A program made the translations under genes and the position numbers. Of a DNA stretch of 64,000 nt, positions 37,028 to 48,043 are shown in pieces. The notes under the pieces are model-generated. The model saw only the letters and a program-made list of their open reading frames with translations, made no database searches and was not told where the DNA came from. The first letter of the stretch is position 1; the number at the start of each line of letters is the position of its first letter. Source of the DNA: Guillardia theta CCMP2712 (taxonomy: Eukaryota > Protista > Cryptophyta); the NCBI RefSeq assembly GCF_000315625.1, contig NW_005434673.1, positions 872,994 through 936,993 of the forward strand, read 5' to 3'.

Positions 37028-39527
37028 TCATACATTGTTCTGATCTTGCGACTCATCTCGTCCCTGAAAGGAAGTGAGATGTCTATAGAACCGTCGGGCG
37101 CAGTACAATCTGTCTTGGAAGTTCAGAAGCGAACCGTTACAACAAACACTTTGACCTTGAGGGTCCGGGATAAAGTAGATGGTCTGTTTCTGATCCTTCT
37201 TCGCCAAACAATATTCTGTTGTTGCCAGATCTTCTGGGAAAAACACCTTGAACTTGTGTTCTTGATTATTCCTGCTCACGACCTTACCGACCCACCACTG
37301 CAAACAGCATGGCCGTTAGGACAAGAAAACATGTTGAACAAACAAGAGAGACCAAAAAACTAAAAAAAAATGTTGAACAAAGAAGAGAGATACTCACTGA
37401 ATCTTGTGATTCAGGGAAATGAACGACCACCCATGCGTGGCCACTGCGGATGATGTTGGATGAGTACCCCACAACTTTCGAGTTGCTGTGTAGAGTTGAC
37501 TTTGTCATGTTGACATAGAAAGTCATCTGCTTGACGAAGGAATATTCCAACGATGTGAAGCTTGCATGGACATTGCGGGAGATATGAATGTTGTAAGGCC
37601 CTGTGTTATGTTCGAACCATTCATCTGGACGATCGAAATCAATCTGCAATGAGAACAATAAAGACGCAAGACAAACCAAGTTCAGTGTTGAAGCTTCTGA
37701 AGTCCAAAACGTTCGAGCCCTCAGCAACACCTTCTATATCCGAGCGGGTGAGGTCAACGAACGCCACAACTCTTTCAATCGATTCCGAACTCTCTCCCTG
37801 ACCTCCCTCAGCAGGCGGCGGGGGCGGTTCTTCCCTTGATGACCCGCCTCCGCCTCCGCCTCCGCCTCCGCCTCCGCCTCCACCCAGCGACCTTGCGCTG
37901 CCTTGGCTGCTGCTGCCTCCGCCTCCGCTTCTTGCCAGTCCTCCTGCTGCTACTGCTGAATAAGTTAGTGCGGCTGCGGCTGCTGTCGCTGTCGCTGCCG
38001 AAGTCACTGCTGCCCCGCCGCCTCCTCCGTTGCTCACTCGGCCTCCTCCCTGATTCCCGTCCGACCTTCCTCCCTGACCTCCCCCAGCAGGCGGCGGGGG
38101 CGGTCCTTCCCTTGACGACCCGCCTCCGCCTCCGCCTCCGCCTCCGCCCAGCGACCTTGCGCTGCCTTGGCTGCTGCTGCCTCCGCCTCCGCTTCTTGCT
38201 CCTTCTGCTGCTACCGCTCGTCCTGCTGCTCCTCCTGCTCCTCCTGCTCCTCCTGCTGCTCCTGCTGCTCCTGCTGCTCCTGCTCCTCCTGCTGCTCCTG
38301 GTCCTGCTGTCGCTGTCGATGTCGCTGCCGAAGTCACTGCTGCCCCGCCGCCTCCTCCATTGCTGGCTCGGCCTCCTCCCTGATTCCCGTCCGACCTTCC
38401 TCCCTGACCTCCTCTTGATGACCCACCGCCCTCTGTTTGTCTGCTGCTGCCTCCGCCTCCGCTTCTTGCTCCTCCTGCTCCTCCTGCTCCTGCTGATGCT
38501 CCTGATACAGCTGTAAATGATGATGATGCGGCTGCTGTCGCTGCCGCTGCCGGAGCTGCTACCTCCCCGCCGCCTCCTCCGTTGCTGACTCGGCCACCTT
38601 CCGGATTCCCGTGCAACGTATCTCCTTTTCCATTTTGCATGGAGTTCTGGTGTGATAGTTTGCCATTTCTTCTTTCTGTGTTGGGGTTGTCATGGCCATT
38701 AGGGCGTTTTCCAAAAGCTTGAAGATCTTGCGGCCGAGATGACAGATTAGATGGGTCTTGATCAGTTGACTCGAGCGATCCTTGTTTCTTCCTATTCGTA
38801 CGAAATGATGACGAGTCGAAACCCTCGATTTCTCGTTTTCGTTTGTGATGAACAGACGACTGAAGATTGTCTACAGAGTTTTCTGTGTGTGTGTGCGGGA
38901 TCCCAGATGACGCTTGGATGTCCGGCCGATGTCGTTTTAAGCTCCTTCGTTGAATCTTCTTTGGCGACGATCGTGAGTCGGAGGCTTCATCACCTTGAGC
39001 AGTTTGGGAATCGGGGGAATCACTTTCAGTAGCACATTCTTGATCTTGTCTGCGTCTGCCCCTTCCATCCGTTGAAATTGTGCGCTGTCCAGAGGCTGCT
39101 TCGCCGTGGTTCAAACCACACTCCTCGTTCACAGATGCCGTGCTTCCATTCCTTTCATGAGCTGCTGGGCGATTGCTCCTGGGTGAATCTGCAGGTTCTC
39201 ATTCAGTCTATGAAAGAGTGCAAGCAATAATCGTTCACCAGCACGTTGATCATTCAACTTGGAGATGGACTCCTTCAACATTGCAAGCTGTTCAAATACT
39301 TTTAGCTCCACGACGTTCTTCATGGTCTCGCAACTGTCACGGATTTCCTTTGGATCAAGATTCAGAATCGAAGTCATTTGCTTCTCGTTTTCCTTGAATT
39401 TTCTCAAGATCTTTTTGCTGGTCCTCATCATGATCACTTGTCTCGAGGTCATCTTCCTGTATTTTTGCTCCAATTGGTGGATTCTCCTCTTGAGTGCTTC
39501 ATTTATGTCCGACTGTTGATCTTCCAT
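37028..39527 (-). CDS. Unknown protein: coiled-coil N-terminus, Gly/Ala-rich repeats, C-terminal Tudor-like segment
   Basis: Successive minus-strand ORFs 39129-39527, 37639-39132, 37284-37730, 37028-37303; WWVGKVVSRNNQEHKFKVFFPED resembles a Tudor/agenet barrel. Confidence 0.5.
37790..38600. repeat. Imperfect internal duplications encoding GGQGGRSDGNQGGGR / ARSGGGGSS units
   Basis: Blocks such as CCTCCTCCCTGATTCCCGTCCGACCTTCCTCCCTGACCTCC recur near 38042 and 38372. Confidence 0.8.
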
Positions 39528-40341
39528 GGCGGTGAAGCAGGATGTACTCCAGCGTGTTTAGAAATGCAAAAGCACGTCTCTACCTTCGAGCTTCGTGGAT
39601 GTGAAGTTGATTGAAAGCATTTCAAATAGTTCGCTGCGAAATCGTTATAATGCCATAAATGTCCTCCTCCCCTCGATTGACTCACTCTTCTCTCTCTCTC
39701 CCTCCCTCTCCCAACTTCTTTCTTGTGAAACCTCATTTTGCCTTTTCTCTCTTCTCTCCTTCTCCCTCCCTCCCCCAACCAATTCTGTATTCTCTGTTCC
39801 TCGCCTGTTCCCTCCTACCCGCCTCCCCCCACACTACCGGCTCCGATCAAATTCCAGTTTCCCTATTCTAACATCATTCCTCATTCTGTCCCCTTCCTCG
39901 TTGTCACCTCTTCACTTCTCCAAACCCCTCTCCAACTTCCCTTTTCTTACTCACCCCACCCGTCACTGCTGCCACCAGCGCTCAAGCACAAACACGAGCA
40001 AACAGCCTTCTTTCCTTGCCAGCTTTGTAACCCTCCTCTCTTTATCCTCCTGTATTCTCCATATGTGCTGCATCCCTTGACTTTAAATTTCTCTTCCTCA
40101 CTTTCCCTCCTCCCCTCCCTTTTCTCTCCTCCGCTCCCCTCCGCTCCCTTCCTCTGCCATACCTGTCCCGCCCACTTCTTGGCCAAGGTCTTTGCAGTTC
40201 GTGGCAACAAACAGACGTTACATTGTAACGTCCATAAATTTGCTTTAAAAAAAAAATTAACCGTACAAACAACGGAAACCCTCCCCAGAAAAAAAAACTC
40301 CGTTACGAATATTCATTTCCGTTACATTAGTTTGTCGGGGC

Positions 40342-42381
40342 ATGAAAGATAGCACCCTGATCATGATGGTTGCGATGCTCGCGACGAACCTCGGGCAGGC
40401 GGAGGAGGAGACGACAGCAGGGCGGCTGCCATGGAATCTAGCCTCTGCATGCATACAAAGGACACAAGGAAGCGGTGGGCTGCGTTTACGTGGAGGTATG
40501 GGTACCAGGTATACCGAGCGAGCGACAGTTGCGACTTGATGAACAATGAGCCGCAGGATGAGAGCGTTTGAGTTGGCAAAGAAAGCAAACCTGACAGATA
40601 AAGATGCAGAAGATGAATGGTGTGCTCATGAAAAGGATTGTGGATCACTCATGCCTTGAAGGTACAATGCGCTGGATGAGAATCAGACGGAGACACCTTG
40701 GTATTATCCGTTCTACGACGATGTCCGCGGTGAGGGAGGCGGTTGCCAAATGTGCACTGAACGTGATTGGAAGACGAAAATGGTCCCTGGTTGCCTGCAA
40801 GAAATATAAGTGAGGAAACGATTGATCCCGAACTGAGAAGGCATCCCAACGAGACGATAGAGGTGGGTCATTGAGGTAAGAATTCAATCTGATGCAGCCT
40901 ATCAGGAAGCGTTCGAGAGGATACTTTTGTTCGATGATGAGAACAAAACAGCCCTCAAGTGAATTTATTTCTTGCAAGTCCAACGGGCTAATGTACTCGT
41001 CAGCCTACATTATCTTAAGTCAGCTGCTTGTGTTGATGATTACAAGGAAGACTGCTGTGTGATAAAGCTCCCTAGGCTGATATTCTTCAGGGAGTGAAAA
41101 AGATTATCGAAGAAGAAGGCATTGATGTCAATGCTGAAATTGAAGAAGCGAGCCTAGAGAAGGTAACTTTCAAATGGCATGATACTTTTCTGAGTGAACG
41201 TCACGAAGGCGATACACTTTGCTGCATGGTGTGGTAACATTAAAACTGTCGAAGTCCTATTGGAACTTGGAGCTGGTACGCATTCAACATGAATGAAATC
41301 AAAAACATTCTCACGATCATCAAGATGTGAATGCGAAGAATTGTTTCAACCAAACTGCACTGCACAGAGCCGCCTTTAGTACTGTCTTGCGGCGATGGGT
41401 AGCGCGGGAATTGACATGCTTTCAGGCGGCTTTCAGCAGCTCTGTGAATTTCTTGTCCAGAGGTTGTAGACAATTTCATGCTGCGGGCGTGGAGCAAGAT
41501 ACCTTCATCTGCTAACTCCTTGCATTAGGGGAGCAGACCCTCTTACACCCGACAGCTGGGACTTTTCTCCGCCTGAGTGGTAAGGCATAGAATCGATTTG
41601 GTCTCGGTGCTCAAACATACTGCTCAAGGGCCGCTGCAAATTTCAAGAATTGGACTTGCCAGGAATAGAATTTGAAGAGAGATGGACTCCTCTATTCCTG
41701 ACGCCTGTTTCAGTGGTTCTATGCTAAATTCATCTCAAATGAGACTTTCCCCAAGGGACCTCCGCCTCATTATGGTTTGAAGGTAAATTCTTTCCACTCC
41801 AGTGAGACCTTGTGATGACTCAGGGGTTTGATAGATGAATGAAGGGTTTGAGTACTTCAATGTGTAAGGACTTCGATGAAGAGTTCACCTGAGCTGAACC
41901 ATTGCCATTCTTATGTTTGTTGGTAGCCACCAGGACGATGAAACTGGCGAGCCGATCGTAAATTATCTGAATCTGGTAGACGACCCCAATCCAGTCTACA
42001 ATTTTACAGGCAAGGCTTCAAGTTTTCTCAACAAAGGTCACAACTCTCTTGCAGACATGATTGAGAGAGGAGAAAAAGCCTACGAGATGATTGACGAGGC
42101 CAAGGCTTCTTATCTAGAGTCGCAGGCGGCACGTTTGGAGGTTGAAGGAAGTTTGTTCCTGGTTGAGTGCGTGCTGATTATACTCTATGACCCCAGAACC
42201 GAAGGATCGTCAAGGACGCAGGGAACAAATCGACAGGAGGCGCAGGGAGATTCTCAACAGAAGTGAGGCTCCATTGCAGGATTTCTACGAAGCAGGGAAG
42301 TATGATGACGAGAATCAGCCCCTCTCGAGCACGGACAACGAGTCGCACAACACAGATGATGACTTCTCTTCTACACTGTGA
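40342..42381 (+). CDS. Ankyrin-repeat protein with signal peptide and LRLRGG motif
   Basis: MKDSTLIMMVAMLATNLGQA..GGLRLRGGM; AIHFAAWCGNIKTVEVLLELGA/DVNAKNCFNQTALHRAAF; intron-rich; acidic C-terminus. Confidence 0.75.
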
Positions 42382-42539
42382 TAAACGTCTTGGAGGCATC
42401 GGCCTCCAGTGCGGGGTTGGAGTGAAGATCACTTCAAGTCCGGATGTATGAAAGACTTCTCCTTTCCGAACATCTCGAAGAAGGACTCCTGTTGAAACGA
42501 TCAGCGCAAAGACGCATCTGACGACTGCCGTTGGACAAC

Positions 42540-43292
42540 TGACATCAGTCAAAGTGCTTGCCTTCTTGTTCTCCTAGAAGCAAACAGTGGATATCAGCCT
42601 AGTGAACTGTCTGTCTTCTTGCCGTACCTTGTAGATGTCAGAGATATTTTTCCAGTTCTCCGGCGAGACTTTGAACGTATTTCCGCAGTTCTCACATTGC
42701 ACTTGTTGATTTCAAATCACTCTTGACAAAGAAAAAGAAGTCAAATTCACCTCTCACATCAACAGCCAACTCCGGAGGCTCCAACTTCCGGAAACTGCCG
42801 AAACAGTGCATGAACAAACAGGCATAGCAGGTCACGATCAGGTCACATGTCTGAGCTGCACATGGGACAGGTCGCGTATGTTTCGATGTCCTCATCCTCG
42901 TCCTCATCCTCGTCTCTGGTTCGTCTTTGACCCGTTGGCCGCGACCCTCCCCTCCCTCCTCTCTTCTTGGCTCGGAGAGCTAGCAAAGTGGATCTCTCCC
43001 AAACAGCGCTTCCGAGCCCTCCTGAAGTAATGCTGGAAGACGCTCCGAACCCCCTCGTGGCAGGCTGCCATCCCTCGCCAGCCGGGAGTCTAGCCAAGGC
43101 ATGTTTGACCACTCTGGAGCTTGCGAAGCTGCATGGCTGTAACAGGGAATGCGGAGGCACGAAGCTTTCTACTGGAGGAAGCTCTGTCACCATCGCCATC
43201 ATCGTCATCATCGCCATCATCGCCATCATCGCCGTCGCCATCCCCTGCACCGCCTTTGTGGTGTGCCACTGAAGCGATGCGACCAAACCCAT
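42540..43292 (-). CDS. Small plastid-targeted zinc-ribbon protein (CxxC...CxxC)
   Basis: Hydrophobic Met/Ala leader then VES|FVPP; ATCPMCSSDM / FRKLEPPELAVDVR / CENCGNTFKV on consecutive exons; 3' end uncertain. Confidence 0.55.
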
Positions 43293-43553
43293 GGCACCGC
43301 AACCACGTAACAGATCTGTTACGTGGTTTGTAACCCGGCCGATAGAGCCACTGAGGGCCAGGTCACTGGGCCGGGCCGCCGGCCGCCGGCCTCGGATCGG
43401 CCCGGCAGTGCCGAAACTTGAAAGTCAACCATCGAGCCGCGGCCGCCGTCGGGTGCTGTGATGCCCAGGGCCAGCCTGTCCTAGCGGGGGGACCCCTTGC
43501 CGTCAGAGTGAAACGAGACAACACTTGACTGAAGGCTATTTATAGGTTGAAAA

Positions 43554-45626
43554 TTAAAGCAATCGGCTCATCCGTACGACGTGATTCATGCTGCAGTCTC
43601 GACCTGACTTCATACCGCAGAGGAAGAAGATCTTGGGCTTGTCGGGGTTGGTGAAGTCGGAGCACATGGGGCAAAAGTATCGCGCAATGCACTGACAGGT
43701 CGTCCCCTTCTTGGTCAGCTCCTTGCACCTTCCCTTCTTGTAGGCTTCGGAGGGCAGAGACGAGCAGGAGCTCGGGGTGTGGCTCAGCTCGTGCTGGCTC
43801 GACTGCCTCTCCCCAGCTCTGGTTGCGCTGACAGCGTCCTCCTCCTCCTGTGGACCGTGGCTTGAGGAAAATTCCTTGACAAGGCGGCCAAGGAACATTT
43901 TGAAGCTGATCTCTTTGCTGCCTCCAACGTCGCTGAGCTCGAACTTCTTGTACGCCAAGTACGCGTTAACTGTGATGAGACTGAGCATGTACTGAAACAC
44001 CAAGATGTGGAAGTTGTCGGTAGGCCAGAGCGTGCCGTTGCGCAAGCCCGTGGACAGACAGTCGTCGAAGGCAGCTGACGACTTGTTGACGTCAAGACAC
44101 CTCCTGACAACATCAGGAGCCTTGACCTCAAATTGCTTCACCTTGAGTATCCCCGCTTCATTCATGTACTGTCTTGTGACTTCGACGTCGCTGCGAGCTC
44201 CGGGGATCCTGGTGGACAGGAAGAAACGCAGCGGCAAGTTGCCACCCCTTTCTCCCAGCATCTCCCTCCAGCCAATGGCGAAGAGTTCTCGGCCTCCCTC
44301 AACCTTGCACGTCAAAGTCTTGTCGGCCGCTGCTCTGCTGCCCGCCAAACTCCTCTCAAGCTCTCCTTTAGGGTAATATTCATCGCACCTCTCCATCATC
44401 CCCATGAACTGCAGCCCGAACCTGGTCAGGGCGAGTGCAGTCCCTGTGCATGCAAACGGGCCATTGCCGATCACGATCCTCTTCGACCCAAAGTACTTCT
44501 CGCACAACCTCAAAGCACAGCTCGAGTGCTCGGTGGGCGCCTCATGAGTGAATTTCTTCGCCTTCATGGCTTCCTGCCCCTCGTTGATCTCCAATCTTAC
44601 CACCATCCCAGTCTCGCTGTCCTGCAAGCTCCTCAACAAGATTCCAACCTGCTTCAGGTCTTCTTCCTTCCTTGAAGCCTGAGGAAACGACAGGTTCTCG
44701 CAGAAATCCCACTTGACACTCTGCTCCCGGAGCACCAGGCAGTCTCCGGGCGATAGCGCCTGATGCATGTGAATGTTGAAACACTTCACCATCCTTCTCA
44801 TCTTGTGCCAGGGGTCAGGTCTGTCTTCCGATGCTCTCTCCCTCGACCAGAAGGAAAGCGCGCTCTTGATCTCGAACCACCGCTTCCTCGTCATTCCGAA
44901 CCTTGCCAGCATCTGTCGGTCGCAATGGAGGCAGTCAGGGCTGTTGTTCCAGTAATCTGCGACCTTCTCGCATGGCTCAAACGCCATGAACAAGACAATC
45001 ACCATGAACTCATCAAGCTCCTCCTTGTCCAACTTCTCCACCGTCGGGCTAAACTTCCTGTTGGTTCCCTCAATCATCAGGTCCGTCAAGCTTGTTGGGA
45101 CCATGTGACGGAAATACCACAACGGCCCACGTGCACCATCGGTGTCATGGCCTGGAGGGTGAGCCAGTCGCGCATGCCCGTCATAGTCTGCGTATGGATC
45201 GACAGCTTCCTCCGATTCGTCTCCATCCTGCCAGGCTTCCCATCTGTACCTGCTGGGTCCCCCTTCCTGTGCTTCACCCTGTTGAGATTCGGACGCGTTC
45301 GCTTCCTGTTGCACTCTTGGAATTTCGACGTCTCTCTTCCTCTTCCTCTCCGTCCTGCCATCTGATGCCCTGAACACCTTGTGCTGCGCTCCGTACTCAA
45401 CGTCCTTGCTCTCCGACAGGCTGTCCCACCGAATCACGAACTTGCGAGGGTTCGTCTGTCCGATCAGCGTACCTTCCACTTCCTGGGACTGCCATGAAGA
45501 AGGAAAGGCTCGTTCTAGCGTCTCCTGGTCCAGCACGTCGACCCCTCGCGCTCTCACCCTCTCCCCCTCCCACCACTCCCTGCCCCCCGCCCTGAGCAAC
45601 GCTACCGCCCTGTTCGCACTTGCCAT
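43554..45626 (-). CDS. piggyBac-transposase-derived protein (PGBD-like), catalytic Asp residues substituted, C-terminal Cys-rich domain retained
   Basis: Intronless 690 aa; DYW..MTRKRWFEIKSAL, DPWHKMRRMVKCFN, LSPGDCLVLREQ (usually VDE), KRIVIGNGPF (usually DxxF), VNAYLAYKK, F..FLGRL, CxxC..CxxC..C..C..H tail. Confidence 0.85.
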   Translation of the reverse strand: MASANRAVALLRAGGREWWEGERVRARGVDVLDQETLERAFPSSWQSQEVEGTLIGQTNPRKFVIRWDSLSESKDVEYGAQHKVFRASDGRTERKRKRDVEIPRVQQEANASESQQGEAQEGGPSRYRWEAWQDGDESEEAVDPYADYDGHARLAHPPGHDTDGARGPLWYFRHMVPTSLTDLMIEGTNRKFSPTVEKLDKEELDEFMVIVLFMAFEPCEKVADYWNNSPDCLHCDRQMLARFGMTRKRWFEIKSALSFWSRERASEDRPDPWHKMRRMVKCFNIHMHQALSPGDCLVLREQSVKWDFCENLSFPQASRKEEDLKQVGILLRSLQDSETGMVVRLEINEGQEAMKAKKFTHEAPTEHSSCALRLCEKYFGSKRIVIGNGPFACTGTALALTRFGLQFMGMMERCDEYYPKGELERSLAGSRAAADKTLTCKVEGGRELFAIGWREMLGERGGNLPLRFFLSTRIPGARSDVEVTRQYMNEAGILKVKQFEVKAPDVVRRCLDVNKSSAAFDDCLSTGLRNGTLWPTDNFHILVFQYMLSLITVNAYLAYKKFELSDVGGSKEISFKMFLGRLVKEFSSSHGPQEEEDAVSATRAGERQSSQHELSHTPSSCSSLPSEAYKKGRCKELTKKGTTCQCIARYFCPMCSDFTNPDKPKIFFLCGMKSGRDCSMNHVVRMSRLL

Positions 45627-45762
45627 GGGCGATAAAAGGTCGGAGTGGTGCTTCTTGGAAGGTGGTGAGAATGATTTGATTAGGGGGTACTGTAAAGGGA
45701 ATCAAAGGGTGAGGGATGGTGGGGGGGTGGGGTGGGGTGTTGCATTCAAGGTGTTTGCGGCA

Positions 45763-47890
45763 ATGGCGGGAAGGAGCAGCACAGGGACAGAGCTCTTCCT
45801 CTTCCTCCTCCTCCTCCTCTCCTCTCCTCCTCTCCTCTCTGCATTTATCCTGCAGTCTGCCCCCCTCAACGCCTTCCATGCCCGCTGCTCTCGCTCTGCC
45901 TGCTTGAAGAAAGCTCCTTCGAGGACGAAGGCCAGCGCGAGAGTCCTCATGTCGGCTATCAGAGATGTCGCGATGGAGGTTGTGGGGAGCTGACATGATC
46001 ATTGAGGAGCTGACGGAGAAGCATGCAGAGCGACATCCTCAACATCGCGTCCCTCGCATCTCGCCCTCTTCCGAACCGGTGACTCGTTGACATCCAGGAA
46101 GGGTTGGCTGATGAATTGCAGGCCCGACGGGACCATCGTCTGCGTCCTCTACTCTTCGGTGGAGGATATGAGCCTGCAGGTAAGGAGGAGGAGGAGGAGG
46201 AGGAGGAGGAGGAGGAGGGGTTCAACAAATCCCTCAGGCGATCAACATGGACTTCGAACGGCTAGCTGAAGTGTTCCCCGATTGTGTATGTGCAACACGA
46301 AACTTGCCAAACGAACAGCATGACTCTTGGTGAACAGATCTTCTTGAGATGCTACAAGGAGTACGAGGGTTCTTCCATCACGTTTGCAAGTGAGAGGAGG
46401 GGAGGAGGAAAAGGACTTGCTGTACTCATGCTTCTTTCACCAGCTCGCCAAGTCGTCTCCTTCCCGACCTTTGAGTACTTCTACAAGGGCACTCAGGTCT
46501 GCAAGCTGGCAGGATCTGTCGGTACAGGAGGTGAGATGTGAAGGGCAGGTAGCGAGGACAACCGGCCCGAACTTGAATGAAGTCAAAGAAAAGATCAGAC
46601 AGTTTGGATTCGTAAGTTGCTGATGTTTGTGATCGCCATCGAATGACCATACACCGCAGATAGTGTCAAAGACCGACCTGTTCTCAGGTTCCTCCCTCCC
46701 TCCCTCCCTCCCTCCCTCCCTCCCTCCCTCCCTCCCTCCCTCACTCACTCACTCACTCACTCACTCACTCACTCACTCACTCCCTCCCTCACTCACTCAC
46801 TCCCTTTCTCCGTCATCAATGTCTCTGCAGACTCCGCAAGCTCCTGGTCGAAGCAAGGGATCAAGGAGCCTCAGGTGCTGGCACATCCTGGATCCACGTA
46901 ATCCTAACACTCCTGGAAGGATCCGACGAAGCTCGCTTGGGACAGGGAGGCAGATAATGCAGCAAGTGATCGAGCGGGAAAGAGTGTTGGCACCCTCCTC
47001 AGTCTCTTTCCGCAGGGAGTGGGAGGATGGCGAGCTCTTCCGGACCATCTTCTACCCCTCGTGAGTTCATCGTTTCTCCTGATCCTTATTGTCATTGTTA
47101 CCATCATGGCCTCCTGCTCCATCATCATCACCATCATCATCATCGTCCTCCTCCTCATCGACATCATCAGTAGCGGCAGCATCTGTCTCATCATTCTGCT
47201 CTGTACCTCACCCCCCCCCTCCCCCTCGTCTTGCCTCGAACGTGTTTGTCACCCTCATCTTGTCCTCCCTCACTCTCTTTCAGGTACCACCATGAGGTTC
47301 ATCCCAGGAGGGATGGGGCAGCAGGCGGCAGAAATCATTCGGGAGAAGGGAAGCACGCTTGATAGGTCGAAAGCCTCCTCCTCCTCCTCCTCCTCCTCTT
47401 CCTCCTCCTCCTCCTCCTCCTCCTCCTCCTCCTCCTCCTCCTCCTCCGTCTTTCCATATCTTAAGCTTTTCTACCGTGTGTTGCTCTACCTCTCCTTCCC
47501 CCTCAGCTTGCCCCCTCCCTTGCTCACTTGCTTCTCAGCTTTCAAGCAGCAAGGAGAGGAGGAGACAATGAGGGTGTTCAGCTGCCAGGAGGCGGATCAG
47601 GAGGAGCAGGAGGAGCGTATGAGCAAGGTTTCAAGTTCTGGAAAGAAAGATTCGAAGAGATTGTAAAGGACGGCGATGGGAAATCGACGGGCAAGAATGA
47701 GCAGGTGAGAGAGTAGGATCATGTTGGTACAGTCACGGGGGGATGGGAGAGGGGGGGGAGGACGAGGAGGAGGAGGAGGAGGAGGACGAGGGGGTTGATG
47801 GTGACTGTACAGGACAACAGCGGGAAGCGAAGGGACGTCGATGCGGATTCAATCATCGACAACATTTGGGATTCTCCTGACTACAAGTAG
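45763..47890 (+). CDS. Plastid-targeted thioredoxin-fold protein lacking CxxC
   Basis: Signal ..LLLLSSPPLLSA|FILQ; spliced IVCVLYSSVEDMSLQ/AINMDFERLAEVFPDC/IFLRC../VVSFPTFEYFYKGTQ/VARTTGPNLNEVKEKI (cis-Pro PTF motif). Confidence 0.75.
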
Positions 47891-47897
47891 AACTCTT

Positions 47898-47998
47898 TCA
47901 CCCCGAAGAGAATGAAATGTTTGAGGGAAAGGCGAAATGGAGGAGGTCTGAGAAAAATGAAGAGGGGAGGGAGGGAGGGGACAGCTGGGTGGTGAGGA

Positions 47999-48043
<45 letters not shown>

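Noticed and set aside
45702-46228. Minus-strand ORFs upstream of the piggyBac-like gene
   Set aside because: They are the antisense shadow of the thioredoxin-like gene's presequence exons
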